64,000 nt of DNA from an uncultured Verrucomicrobiae bacterium (GCA_963702845.1 OY969763.1:3072001-3136000); one strand, 5' to 3'. Positions 20,378 through 34,518 are shown, counted from the first letter of the stretch. Translations and numbers: made by a program. Notes: generated by a model not told the origin, from the sequence alone.

Positions 20378-23300
20378 CTACTTAGGCAGCACCCGATAAA
20401 ATTTCTGCAGCTCCCCGGCAGATGCGTTGATCGTCACTGAAGTAACTGCGCCTGTTCCAACTACCTCGCTGACGGTTTTCCAGTCGTGGCTGCCCAGGTC
20501 GGTTTTCGACTGCAATTCGTAGAGCTTGCCGGATACGGACGTCCAACTAATCACCGCTTCCGAGGAACTGACACTGGTCACCGACATGATAACCGGACCG
20601 GAATCAATCACAGTAGTTCCGAGACTTAGTCCGTGCGGCCCAGCACCACCGCCCTGGGTATAGTTCAACACGATGCTCCCGCTGGAGAGCGATACGGAGA
20701 AACTGCCGGTGTTGAATGTCCCATTCACGATACTGACAAACTGGCTATTGCCGGGGTTCAGTCCGCCAGCGAGGCTGACAATCGTCCAGCTATGATTTGT
20801 CTGCCAGTACGAATCGCCAAAATCGGGATTGGTTGCCGTTCCCGCAAATTGTATCGAAACCTGTGAACTGCCATTCAAAACCAGGTTACCTCCTGTGATC
20901 TGGAGTTGATCGAAATTGGTTCCGGCAACACCACTGGTGTCGTCTGCGAGAGAGTAGAGGTTCCACACATCGGTTCCTCCGCTGCTCAGGTTCAATCCGT
21001 TCTGAAGCCTCAGCTTGCCGAGCGCACTGCCACCGGAAATGTTTCCGCCAGAGTTGACCACGACATTGCCACTAATCAATCCGGTTCCAGCAATCGTCCC
21101 GCTGGAATTGACCTGCACGGTACCCGTTCCTGTGCCGCTGGCGTTTGCATTGTTAATGAGAAGCGTCCCGGCATTAACGACCGTTCCACCGCTGTATGTG
21201 TTAGTTCCGCTCAAGGTCGCGATGTTCGTCGTGCTCTTGGTCAACGTGGCAGTGCCACCGAGAACAGCGGAGACATCACCACTGCGCCGCACATCATAAC
21301 TGCTGGCGGTCAATACGCCTGAACCGATTACTCGGGCATTGCTGCCGTTGAGGACCACTGTATTAACCGTTTCATTAAATCCATTTAGGTCCACCTTTGC
21401 ACTATTGCTGATCGTCAGCGTCGTGGTGTTCGGAATGACTCCATTAGTTCCTAATTTCAGGGTGCCGACGACGACAGTTGTTTCACCCAGATAGTTATTG
21501 TTCGTGTTGTTGAACACGAACGTGCCTGCTCCGCCGTGGATTTGCGATGGGAAGCTCGCGTATCCAGGGAAAGTAATTCCACCAGGCCCGGTGAGAGGCG
21601 CATCGAGCGTTAGAGTGACCGAACTGGAACGAACGCCCATTTTGTTGCCCGCTGTCGTGCCAAGTGTAACACCGCGCGTGCTGTCCAGATCTGGCGCGGT
21701 TCCGTCAAAGCCAATGCCGCCGCCGTCGATCTTAATGAAGTCTGCAACGAGAGTCGGTGGAGCGCTGCCAAAGCGTCCGACGGCTGCCACTGAAATAATG
21801 CCGCCGTTAATGCACCATTTGCTCACGCTATTGTTGGTGCTGGTCAGATGAATACGCCCCGCCCCGGTCTTGGTGAAGTTTGTGCCGGCAATGGGACAAT
21901 CGAATGTCAGCCGATTGGTGTCACCGACGTCTACGATTTTGTAGTCGGCTCCATTTCCGGTGCCCGCGAACGTGATCGTATTCGTTCCTTCAAGGTAATA
22001 GGCGGACGTGCCTGCGATGATCTGTTTAACAGTAATCGCCACACTGTTGGTAACGCTTCCGGCGACGCCATCGAAAATGGCGTTCTTGCCGTTCGAATTA
22101 TTCCAGGCCTGGTTGAAAGGTCCTGCGGAAGATTTGGCCCAGTTGTTACTGGTGATGTTCCATGTGCCTGAACCACCGAGCGCCGAAGCATCACCCGACC
22201 AGAACAGGTCGTTGGTGCTGGAACTGGTAAAGTTCAGAACCACGCTGCCACTACTGAGTGTGGTCGAGAAGTAACCTGCGGCATTTGTGGGATTGATGAT
22301 CGTGGCGAAGCTCGCGTTGTTTGTATTCTGCCCGGCGTTGAGCCTGACGATTGTCCATGAATGATTCGTCCGCCAGAACGGATCGAGGATGTCTGGCGAA
22401 GTTGCTGTGCCGGAGAAGCGGATGAGCAGTTTGGAACTGCCGCCCAATCGCAGGTAGCCGCCGGTGAGAACCAGTTGATCGAAGTCTACGCCAGCCACAC
22501 CGTTCGAATTATCCACATTCGCCGCAAGGTCCCAAATGTTTGTTCCAGCGTTTGTCAGCGTCAACCCATTCTGCAATGTTAGCGCTCCAAGAGTATCGCC
22601 AGCGGAAATGACGCCGCCGCCATTGACTATGACATTACCGCCAATGAATCCGGAGCCAGCGAGCATGCCATTGGTATTAACCGTCACAGTATTGGTTCCC
22701 GTGCCGCTGCTCGGACCGGGGTTGTTCACCACTAACGAGCCGCCATCCACAGTCGTCACACCACTGTAGGTGTTATTGGTTGCAAATACGGTCCGTCCTC
22801 CGGCACCGCCGCTCACAGATCGGCGGAAACTTCCGATGCCCGAGATCTGGCCCGAAAATATCTGGTCCGGCGCGTTCAATAAACTGTACCCCGTCAATTG
22901 TGTCGCCTTATCTCCAGCGTTTCCGATGACAATGGGCTGCGTAAAACTGAATCCGTTTGTCAGCAACAATTCAAAAGAACCAGCTCCAGTAGAGGTCGTG
23001 TTACGAAGCGTCAGTGTGCCAGCCGTCCCGCTCAACGTGCCGCCGTAAGGCAGTTGCGTCACATTTGCAGTGGCATCTCCGTTGTTGATGCTCGAATTGG
23101 CGGTAAGGAGCAACGGGTTGAGAATGGCATTGGCCAATACACGGTTTGTGCTGAGAACAATTGCGCCACCCGACAGATTCAATTTTCCAACGCCACTGCC
23201 AAAGCGGCCCACCGCATCAATGGTCAATGTGCCAGCACTGACAGTTGTATCGCCCGTGTAAGTATTGGCAGCGCCCAGCGAAACATTCCCGGTGGTTGTC

Positions 23301-26300
23301 TTGGTCAAGGTTCCGTTTCCGGCCAGAATGGCGCTGACGCTCGAGCCCGCCGTGTAGCCGCTGCCGCGCAAATCAAATATGTTTGCAATCAGGCTGCCGG
23401 TTCCAACCGTGTCGAAAATACGCGAGTTGGTGCCGGTGCTATCGAGTGTTACTGCCGCAACCGTCTGAGTTTTTCCGTTCAGATTCAGGCGGCCGTTGAG
23501 TGAAGTGCCGCCAAGGATAATCGTCGTTCCCAAGGGGAAGACCTGATTCGTTCCGGCGCGCACTTCGGTCGTTTTGATTCGCGTCGCGCCGCCCCAACTG
23601 TTGTTGGTGCTGCTCAACACGAATGTTGTGTCCGAGCCCGCCTCTCCTGCCGGCCATTCCGATGGATCGGGGAAGCTTAGATCGCCGGGGCCGGATATCG
23701 GACCATCAATCGTAATAACCACTGACGCATTGCTCGCGCCGATTTTGCCGCCGCCGGACCCCAGATAAATTCCGCGAGTTGCTCCTATAGAGAAACTGCT
23801 GGGAACTCCCAATGCAGTGAAGCTCAATCCCCCAGTGTCGAGAGTCAGGAAATTCGTCACCAGCGAAGCAGGATTACCGGTGCCGAAGATTCCGTTGGCC
23901 GGATTGGACGTCACATTACCGGTGCCAATCGTGCCGTTTTTGACTACCCACAGACCGACCGAGTTGGCGGTGTTGTTCAGATTCAAGCGTCCGCCGCCGG
24001 TCTTCGTCAACACGGAGCCCGCGACCGGGACCTTTATGGTAAGGTTATTGGTTGCATCTCCGTTATTGACTCCCGGCACATCAACACCCGCCCCATCCCC
24101 GGCGAAAGTGGCGGTACTACTGCCCTGAATTGTGTAGTTGGAACTTACGATTATAATTTGATTTACAGTAACGTTCGCACCGATAGTCACTGTGCCGCCA
24201 GTTCCACCAAACGTTGCCGTGTTGGTCAAAGAGTTGTTCCAGATGAGACTGAATGGCGGCGCGTTCGTTGCGCCCCAACGGGTGTTGGTTACATCCCAAG
24301 TTCCCGTGCCACCCAACGTGCTGCCGTTAGCCGACCACCAGAGCGAACTCGAGATCGAAGTCGTAAACCGCAGAATGATGTTTCCCGAGCCATCCACTTG
24401 GTTGGTAAATGTTCCGCAGCTATAGGTTCCGTTGACGATCGATGCGAATGCAGCATTGCCGAGGTTCGATGCGCCGGTCAGGCTGACGATTTTCCATGCG
24501 TGATTGGCGCGCCAGAACTGATCGAAATCGTTGGGCGTAGTGCTGCCGTTGAAGCTGAGCTGCAATTTGGAAGTGCCGCCCAATTGGAGTTGCCCGCCAG
24601 TCAACAGCAACTGATCGTAATCCGTTCCAGGAATGCCCCCGGATGCGTCGTCCTGCAAGTTGGCCAACTCCCAAGTGTTTGTTCCTGAACTCGACAGGTT
24701 CAAACCATTCTGCAGGGTCAAAATCCCGACTCCATTACCTGCCGAAATTGTGCCGCTGACCACCACGTTTCCTGCAATTTTGCCGGAGCCATACAACACG
24801 CCACCGGCGCTGACCGTTACAGTATTCGTTCCCGTGCCACTACCGGGACCCGGATTATTCACCACCAAGATGCCGCCATCCACAGTGGTCACACCGCTGT
24901 AGGTGTTATCGGCCGCAAATACGGTACGACCTCCGGAACTGCTGCTAACAGACCGGCGAAACGTTCCAACACCGGAAATTTGACCCGAAAAAATCTGATC
25001 CGCCGCACCCAATGGGCTGAACGAAGTTAACTGCGTGGGTTTATCTCCTGCGATTCCAATGATAATCGGCTGCGCGAAGTTAAAGCCGTTCGTCAGCAAG
25101 ACATCAAAAGAACCAGCTCCGGTAGAGGTCGTATTGCGAATTGTCAGCGTGCCAGACGTCCCGCTCAATGTGCCGCCGTAAGGCAATTGTGTCGGGTTGG
25201 CAGTGGTGTCTCCATTGTTGATGCTCGAATTGGCTGTAAGGAGCAGCGGGTTGAGCAGCGCATTGGCCGTGGGACGATTCGTGTTCAACACGATGCTGCC
25301 ACCCGCCAGATTCAAAGTCCCCGCACCACTTCCAAAACGGCCCACTGCATCAATGGTCAACGTACCAGCGCTGACAACCGTGGCGCCTGTGTAAGTGTTG
25401 GCAGCGCCCAGGTAAATGTTTCCGGCGGTGGTTTTTGTCAGAGTGCCCGTCCCTGCCAGCACAGCGCTGACACTGGGGCCGCTGGCATACGCGCTTCCTC
25501 GTAGATCAAACAAATCAGCCGACAAACTCCCCGTGCCATTGGTGTCGAAGATTCGGGAATTGCCGGCGCTGTCCAAAACCACCGTGGCTACCTTTTGGGT
25601 ATAACCATTTAAATTGAGGCGTCCATTAATGGAGAGATTGCTGATGATGAGCGATGTGCCAGTCGGGAAGACCTGATTGGTGCCCATGCGGATTTCAGCG
25701 GTCTTTATTCGCGTCACACCTGTCCAACAATTATTGGTGTTGCTAAGGATGAAAATGCAGTTGTCGCCGTGAATCTGGCCCGGAAATTCTGTAGTGCCCG
25801 GGAAACTCAGTTCGCCAGGGCCGCTGATGGGGCCGTCAATGGTGACGATGCCTCCGGTGCCATTATTGCCGATTCGACCGCCGTTCGTGCCCAGATAAAT
25901 ACCGCGGTTTGCACCAACGGTCATCGCAGCAGATGCGCCGAAGCCCAACGCTCCGCCATCAAGCGTGATGAAATCCGGATCGAGCGCGGCAGGCGCTGAC
26001 CCGAAGAGCACATTCGCATTATTGCCGGTGGTGGAAGTAATCATCCCATCTTTCACCACCCACTCGTTCACGGAATTGCCCGTGTTATTGCAGTTGAGCC
26101 GGCCGCCCCCGGTCTTCACGAGCAACGGCCCGGCCAGCGGGCAACTCACCGTCATAACATTTGTCGTACTGCTGCTCAGCGCACCCGGATTGCTGATGCC
26201 GGAATCAACGCCTGTAAACGTTATCGCGTTTGTGCCTTGCAAACCATACAAGGCAATTTGAAAGATCAGTTGGTTGACGGTGATTGGTTCGCCAATGGTA

Positions 26301-29300
26301 TTCGTTCCGGCAGTGCCGCCGAAAACGGCCATATCGCCATTGCCGTTGTTCCATGTCAGATTGAACGGTCCGCCCGAAGAAAGCGCCCATTGGTTGCTCG
26401 TCGTGTTCCACGTTCCAGAACCGCCGTAACTTGATCCGTTCGCTGACCAATAACGCGTGCCTGACACGACCGTCAGTAACGCCGGATCACTGTCTTGAGT
26501 ATATGCGCCTCCACCCGAGGTCACGACGACGGTGTAATTTCCAGCGTCAGTCGCGGCGACGTTGTTCACTGTCAAACCGGTAGTGGTAACGCCCGAAACG
26601 TTGCCGCCATTCGACAAATCCACGCCATCCTTCTGCCATTGATAAGCCAGATCAACCCCGACGGCTGCGACGGTAAATACGGCCGAGCTACCGGTGGGCA
26701 GTGTCTGACTTTGCGGTTGGGCCGTAATCACTGGTGGACCGACTAAAGCCAGGACAGTCAACATGTCGTAACGAATTACAGCATTGGTACTATAACTACC
26801 GGCAGGGTCGGCTGGCACATACGCAGCGAGGCCTGATCCGGTTGCCGTACTCTGGAATTCAGTAACAATTCGAACAGCAAAGTTCGTATTGGCGTTTACA
26901 TCCAGCACTTCAGAAAGATCACTCGATTGGAACACAAACTTCCCGAAGTTGGTGTTTACGATCACATCTCCATCAATCCAATCTGTTCCATTGGTAGTGT
27001 ATTGAAGGCGGGAATAGCGGCTGGACTGGGCATCGTTATACTGTTCCCAAGTGACGACAAGGTTCTGATATCCCAGCGTGCTGACATTGACCTGTATGCC
27101 GTGGGTCTTATTGCCAATATTGGTGACGGCATAATTGGTTATCGCCCAGCTCGAATTATCGGTCCCTAGCGACGCAACATCCGTGGAACTTCCCGCCGCA
27201 AAACGGCTGTTTGCTCCGCCAATGACAGTCACAGTTCCAACGCCTGTCGAGGGTGCGTTTGTGCCAGTAGTGACGTTTGCATCAGCAGTTGGACTATTGA
27301 AATTCCATTGCACAATCTTGAGCAAATCTCCGTACGGAACTGACAGCACTGCGCTATTGGTCAGGTTGGTTGCGTAGGGACTGCTTAGAATGACACTGTA
27401 GGTGCCCGCATTTGTCACGTCGTTGACAGTAATGTTGATCGCGCTGGTCGTCTGGCCGGAGAGATTTCCACCATTGAACTGCCATTGATAGGTCAGATTA
27501 GTGCCCGTAGCCGTCACACCGAAAAACGCATTGTCGCCGATGTTGTTGGTCCGACTCTCTGGAGCCGATGAAACAATAATCGGAGCCAGAACGCTGAGCA
27601 CCGCATTGGAACTGGTCACTGAAAACAAGGTGTTACTCACCACGACCGAGTAGCTGCCAATGTTGGTAATCTGAACGTTGCTCAATGTGAGAGACGCATT
27701 CGTCTTCGCAGACAAAACATTGGTTGCATTAAACAACCATTGATATTTCAGTGAGGTCCCGGATGCCCCCACGGTAAACGTAAGATTCGCGCCAACGTTG
27801 GTAGTCACGCTCTGGGGTTGATTGGTGATGACAATCGAGCCGTCAGAAACAAACACCGTGAACGTATTGGTTGCCTTCAATGCAGGCACACTATCGTCGC
27901 TGGCAATGACCGAAATCACGTTCGTGCTCGGCGCTTGACCGGATGTGGGCGTCCACGAGAACACGCCGCTTGCGGAATTGACCGAAGAACCCGACGGCGC
28001 TCCTGCACCAAGACTGTAAGTTAAGGTTCGCGGATTTAGCACCGCGAAATTATCCAAATACACATTGTAAATGTTGCTTCCCGCTGTTGGCACAATCGCC
28101 AAGTGCTCCAGGACGCCGAGTCCGGAGGTGGTGGACAACACTCCATTGCCTCCAGAGAAATTGCGGATGGGTTCGGATGGGAAGTTAAACACGAGATTCG
28201 TCCAGGTGTTGGCGGGAAGAACACGCGTTGCCATCGGAGCCGTCCCAGCCACGTTGGTGACACCAGCCCATTCGATGGCTCCGTTGGTGCCGCCGTTGAA
28301 ACCGATCGCCGTTCCAGCGGCATTTGTCGTTTCACGGCAACCAACTGCGAGTTTGATAGTTTGATCCGAATACACATCGAACCGCAGCTTTTTGGTGAAA
28401 TCGATGACCGGATTTGGATAGTTTGAAGCGTTCAATGTCGTCAATCGCAGCCAGGGATTGCTCGTGTTTGTGACCAGGAAGTGGGTCATCAACACCTTCC
28501 CCGAAGCCATTCCTCCCGTTGGATAGGTGTCCGTCACCGTCGTGAGATCCACCTCGGGTGCCTTCGACAGAAAATTCGTAGTGTTGGTTGCGCACAGCGG
28601 GTCGCGGAACATAACTATGCCGTTGGCTGTTTCGCTCAGGAACGGTTCGAAATCGGTAATCAAACGAACCCGGTCCGAGGAACTACCCACGTTCGTAATC
28701 GTCAGGAGCGTGTTGGGTGCAATAGTTCGATTCGAAACAGGCGCGACGGTGGGCGGATCTCCTGCAGTAGTCGCATTGGTGATTGCACAATACGCAGTGA
28801 AACCAACGGAATTGTATGCTCTGACACGATAATACCATGTGCTTGCGGCATACAGGTTCAGATCTGAGTAATTAGTAACGTCAGCCTCCAACGTTGCAAG
28901 TGCTACCCATGGCCCATTCGTTCCAGGCGCACGTTCCACGTAATAGGTTGATTCATAGCCACTGGTGTCTGTCCATCGGAGGTCAATGCGGTTGGTTCCC
29001 ACTGGTGTCGGGATGAGGCTCGTCGGGGCCGTCGCACTGGGCACCACTCGCGACAGGAAATTCTCCGAGGACCAGCCGACAAGGCCATCGCTGTTCCATT
29101 GAACTTGGTACCACGTGAAACCTGCGCCGTCATTGGTAATTGACGTGGGGCCTCCAATGATAACACCCGTGTCTCCCGAGCTCCGGGTGGTCAGCAATGT
29201 GCAGTTGACGCCTTTACTGATGCCCCCATTATCGCACTGATAAACTCGACAGTTGTTGGCCGTGCGCGCCGAGACATCGTCTCCAACAATTAGCTCAGCG

Positions 29301-30726
29301 CCTTTAACGAGATACAAGTCGGGATAATAGTGCGCCAGCATCCAGAATGCATCGCGCACAGGATAACCCAGCGTTCCTTTGCCCCAACGGTAAGTCCCGG
29401 ACCTGGCACATGCCGCGACCATGGCCGCTTTTATCTTTGCCCACGCAAATGGGATCATAAAGACAGCCGTCCGTCGGAGCAGTAAAACCGTCTCCGCAGG
29501 GAAATCCCATCTGGTTGTTTTCACTGGAGTATTCGGTGTTGGCAAAGCTCCCATCAGAATTGAGCATCACGTAATCTGTCATGTAGTCCACAGCGTTGTC
29601 CGTTTTCGTGGCGCTTGAATCGTTTTTATAATTTTGACAATCGCTGTTTCCGCAAATGTCCTGATCCGAATCAGCGTCCTTGGATTGATAACGATTGATC
29701 GCATATCCCAGCACCGCCACCGCGCCGGCATTGAGAGCGTTCGTATTCCACGATGCAAGCCATTCATGGGGCAACACGTGCTTGCAGTAATAATTCATCG
29801 TTACGTAGTAGTTCGTAATGACGCCGTTAACTGTGTCCTGCACGCGGATACTGCGCGGAATGCGGACGGTAGCGTTGGCGGGCAATGTGGCGTGCGGAGT
29901 GAACTTGAAGTTTTGCGCCGGCTGGATAGCAGCTAACATCTCGGGCGAGACCGGGGTAGTGGCCTGGTCCACCTCTTCCTCAGGTTCATCATAAACGCTA
30001 TTACGATGCTTGGAGCGCTCGTCGATAATGTCTTTGCCGCCGCCGCGTTCGAGTTGGATCTTAAATGTCCAGTCGCCACGCGGCCAGAGTTCCAGATGCT
30101 GGCGTTCTATCGCTCGATAACCGTTTTTATCGTAGATCAATTTGGCGGACGCGGTCGCTCGCTGTTCCTTCGTTTGCACCGGAACGAGCAGTCGATAAAA
30201 TCCGCGCGCATCGGTTACGGTTTCGCCGCCGCTGGGCAAGGTTCGCACCCGCACGCCAGGCAACGGTTCGCCGCTGTCGTTGTCCGAGATGAATCCTTCG
30301 AAGATCGTGGCATCATCACGACGCAACGCGTCCACCACTTCGCGACGCAATTCCTGTGGCGGCTCAATCGGATCCAAAAGGAAATGAATATGCGCCATGG
30401 CATTCTGCCTCGCGTGCAGCAGTCCAGATACCTCCTTGTAGTTCCGCGCGCTGGCAGAAACGTTATGCGCGCCGGCTTCCAACGACAGGATCGCTCGTCC
30501 GGGCTTTGTTCGAATGGCGCTTGTCAAAATGGCGTTCCGCGGCTCCAGCGCGCATCGGCTTGGCCGCGATCGCATCCGGTTGGAGCGCAAAACCGGTAGC
30601 GCTGTCGAAGAACCGAATCTCAGTCGAAACTTCGGGCGGAGTTTGTTGCGCTACGGCGGGCAACGCATGCATTAGGAGGACCAGTCCAGCCAGGCGGCGG
30701 ACAGAATCAGACAAAGGCATATTCAT
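20378..30726 (-). CDS. Giant (~3,450 aa) secreted protein: carboxypeptidase-regulatory-like, SpoIID/LytB-like, SH3-like, FN3 and Ig domains plus autotransporter-associated beta-strand (PATR-like) repeats; two frameshifts
   Basis: ORFs 30463-30726, 29304-30590 and 20378-29554 join at ~30500 and ~29400 into one protein; YCKHVLPHEW, GHGRGMCQ, WYQVQW..GWSSENFL, YYRVRAYN, YQWQ Ig repeats, LTKxxxG/N.YxGxTxVxxGxL repeats. Confidence 0.8.
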
Positions 30727-31010
30727 CGGATAGATATGTTTTCAGTCGTCAACGCGGCAACTGAGCAGCAGGGGTCAAGCAGATAGTGGCAATAAATCGG
30801 AAGCCTTGGGAATCGCTCAGATGAGTGACACTGCGGGACGTGACTGCGGCCATCCGATTCACTGTCGTTCACGTTGTGAGGCAGCAAGGGACTTAAAAAT
30901 TAACTTGCCGCCCACGCGAACCCGTGCGAATAACATCTTCGGTGGTTTGTATGATCAAATTTGGCAATAAAACCATCTATCCTGAAGTAAGTTTCTGGAT
31001 TCAAACGCGT

Positions 31011-31102
<92 letters not shown>

Positions 31103-31150
31103 TCGCTTACAGCGAAGACGGGCCACCGCGACTTTCCCGTCTTCGATTGT

Positions 31151-31186
31151 TCGATGTTCAGTGTTGGACGTTGGATGTTGAATGTT
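31151..31186. repeat. Degenerate heptamer tandem repeat (TNGATGT)x5
   Basis: tcgatgt tcagtgt tggacgt tggatgt tgaatgt. Confidence 0.7.
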
Positions 31187-31210
31187 CTATCTTCCTAGGC
31201 ACACCAACAA

Positions 31211-34115
31211 ATGCTCATCAGACACATCAGTCGAGTTGTCTTTGCAATCGCATTTGTGTCTCTGTCATTAACGGCGTTGGCCGCAAAATGGTGGGCGTTT
31301 GAACCGCCCTCGAAGCCGGCAGTTCCATCTGTTACAAATCAACGCTGGCCGAAAAACTCCATCGACAATTTCATTCTCACCAGGCTCGAACAAAAAAGTC
31401 TTAAACCTGCCAAAGCCGCTGACAAACGAACTTTAATCAGACGCGCAACGTTCGACCTCATTGGTCTACCACCGACATCACAAGAAATCGACGCGTTCCT
31501 GAACGACAAATCTCCCGATGCGTTCGCCAAAGTCATCGACCGACTTCTCGCCTCGCCACATTACGGCGAACGCTGGGGCCGTCATTGGCTCGACGTCGTC
31601 CGCTACACCGATTCCCAGGATTCGCGTGGCATTGGCGGCGAAAGCGATGTTGCTGAATCCTGGCGCTATCGCGATTGGGTCATCCGAGCGTTCAACGACG
31701 ACCTCCCCTACAACAAATTCATCGAACAACAAATCGCCGGCGACCTCCTGCCCGTCGAACCTCCCGCCGAAATCAACACCAATGCCATCATCGCGACCGG
31801 TATGTATGCCATCGGCAATTGGGGCAACGGTGACGCCGACAAAGATAAAATCCTCACCGACATTGCCGACGATCGGCGTCGACGTCACCGCGCGCGGTTT
31901 TCTCGGAGTGACCCTCGGTTGCGCCCGCTGTCACGACCACAAATTCGATCCCCTCACCCAGCGCGACTACTACGCGATGGCCGGAATATTTTTCAGCAGC
32001 CACATCCTACCCAAACTCACACCAAAGGGTCAGGGTGAAAACATCCTGCGCATCCCTCTCATTTCAGACGCTGAAATGAAGCGCCGAAAAGCTCGCGAAG
32101 AAAAAATCACCAAGCTCGACTCCCAAATCGAAAAACTCATCGACACCGAACTAAAATCCCAAAGCGACAAACTTCTGCCGCGCATCGCCGGATATCTCAA
32201 TTCCGTACCGCAGGTTTCCAAACCGGCAAACTCCCCAAACACAGTTGATACACGGATATTACAACTTTGGCGCTCCTATCTCGGCCTCGCCGATCTCCAT
32301 CTCCTATCCAAATTCGTCCCCAACATCACCGACAAACCCGGCCTGCATGCCATACGCAACGTCGCCAACGCCGACACACCATCCGCTGTCGCCAACACCA
32401 CCGACCAAGAAGTCTCATTCATCACCATAAAAATGCCACCCCACTCCGTCGCCGTTCATCCACCGCCGAGTGGCGCGGTCGCCGTCGCATGGAAATGTCC
32501 GACCTCCGGCAAATTCACCATCAACGGTCACGTCACCGACGCCGACCCAAACTGCGGCGACGGCATCGCCTGGAAACTGTCCATCCGCAACAAATCCGAA
32601 CCACTGGAATCCGGAATGATTTCCAACGGCGGCGAACAACCGATCCACGAACTAACTGACGTCGTAATCAACGCCGGCGAATTGCTCGAACTCCAAGTCC
32701 TTCCCAAAGGCGAATACTCCTGCGACACCACGCTGATTCAATTCGAAATCAGTGACGCCAACCATACGTGGAAACTCCAATCCGACGTCCTCAACGACTT
32801 CGCCTCCAACCCACACTCCGACAATTACGGCAACAACAGCGTCTGGCATTTCTACGACCTCTCCACCCAACTCGCCGATCCTGTCGCCGCCGGCTCACTC
32901 TTGGCCAAATGGCGATTCTCAACCAACGACACGGAGAAAACAAATCTCGCCAACGAAATCCAACAAGCGCTGCTTACCAAGACTAATGTCGCAATCACCA
33001 ACCTCCTCGCCGACCTAACAAATTCCCACTCCGCGTTCTGGAACCCGGCGCGCTCGGACGAATCCGCTTTCTCAAAATCCGCTCGTGATCAACTCGTCTC
33101 TCTGCGCACCGAAGCGGATTCCATCCGCAAAGTTTCTCTGCCCCCGATTCAAATGGCCAACGGCCTCCAGGAAGGCGGCGTTCCCGAAAGCCCGCACGCT
33201 GGAGTTCACGACGTCAAACTCCACATCCGTGGCCGCTACGATCGCCTTGGCGATTTAGTCCCACGCGGTTTCCCGAAAATCCTCAGCGAAGGCGAACCAC
33301 CCGCGATCACCAACGGCAGCGGTCGCCTCGAACTCGCGCGCTGGGTAGCCAGTGACAAAAACCCGCTCACCGCGCGCGTCATGGTCAACCGCATCTGGCA
33401 ACACCATTTCGGCGAAGGCATCGTGCGCACCCCAAACAACTTTGGAAAACTCGGCACGCCACCGAACCATCCCGAACTCCTCGACTACCTTGCCACCGAA
33501 TTCATCAAGAGCGGCTGGTCCATCAAAGCCATGCATCGTGCCGTCATGCTCAGCGCCACCTATCAACAATCCAGCATTCCCGATCCTGCAACGCAAAAAG
33601 CCGATCCCGACAATTTGCTAGTAGGCCACATGAACCGCCAACGTCTGGAATCCGAGTCCATCCGTGACAGCCTCTTGAGCGCCAGTGGCGAACTCGACCT
33701 AGCCATGTTCGGCCCGAGCATCCGCGACCTCAACACCAAACGCCGCACCGTCTACGTCACCACCATCCGCAGCGACCGCGCAACCTATCAAAGTCTGTTC
33801 GACTGCGCCGACCCGACCGCTGTCGTCGAAAAACGCATCACCTCCACCGTCGCGCCGCAAAGTCTGTTTCTACTCAACAATGATTTCGTCATGACCCGCG
33901 CCGCCCAACTCGCCAAACGCGCGATACATGACGTTCCAAAATCAGACAGACAACGTATCACTTGGCTCTACGACCTCCTCTACAGCCGCCCCGCAACAGA
34001 TCGCGAAATCAAACTCGCCCTAAATTCTTTCGATAAAACCCAACCCGCCGACGTCCAATGGCAGCAATATTGCCAAGTGCTCCTTTGCGCGAATGAGTTT
34101 ATTTATATAGATTAA
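31211..34115 (+). CDS. PSD1/DUF1549-DUF1553 domain protein; frameshift at ~31875
   Basis: LIRRATFDLIGLPPT, YGERWGRHWLDVVRY, CARCHDHKFDP, NPLTARVMVNRIWQHHFG, HPELLDYLA; ORFs 31211-32038 and 31518-34115 join. Confidence 0.9.
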
Positions 34116-34128
34116 TCAACGCATCGAT

Positions 34129-34512
34129 ATGTTTGACTGGTTCAACAAAAAATCTACGCCTGTGCAAGGACCTGACTTTTCTGGCATAAACACAAAAGAC
34201 AAAGCAGAGGCGGGGTGCCAAAGCGGTGAACTGGAAAAGTTGTTCCTTCTTCCAGCTGAATTTGGCGGTTCTGAAGATTCACGAAACGTCGTCTACGTGC
34301 CGCGGGGCTTCGTGGCAATTAAAGTCGATATCGACAACAACATCATTAAACCGCTCGTCGCGAAAGGAAAGGTGGCGCGCTATGAGGCTGTCCCGGAATA
34401 TGCCGGAAAAAGCTTCGTCCCAATAGCGATCAAAATCGTCGCATCCAATCCAAGTTCCTTCACAAGCGATATTAATATTTGGGGCAAGGCTTTAGGGAGG
34501 ACGCCTAGCTGA
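34129..34512 (+). CDS. Hypothetical protein, possibly an inactive non-specific endonuclease-like fold
   Basis: 127-aa ORF tightly spaced between two operon genes; LLPAEFGGSEDSRNVV and YEAVPEYAGKSFVP motifs. Confidence 0.65.
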   Translation: MFDWFNKKSTPVQGPDFSGINTKDKAEAGCQSGELEKLFLLPAEFGGSEDSRNVVYVPRGFVAIKVDIDNNIIKPLVAKGKVARYEAVPEYAGKSFVPIAIKIVASNPSSFTSDINIWGKALGRTPS

Positions 34513-34518
34513 TCAATC

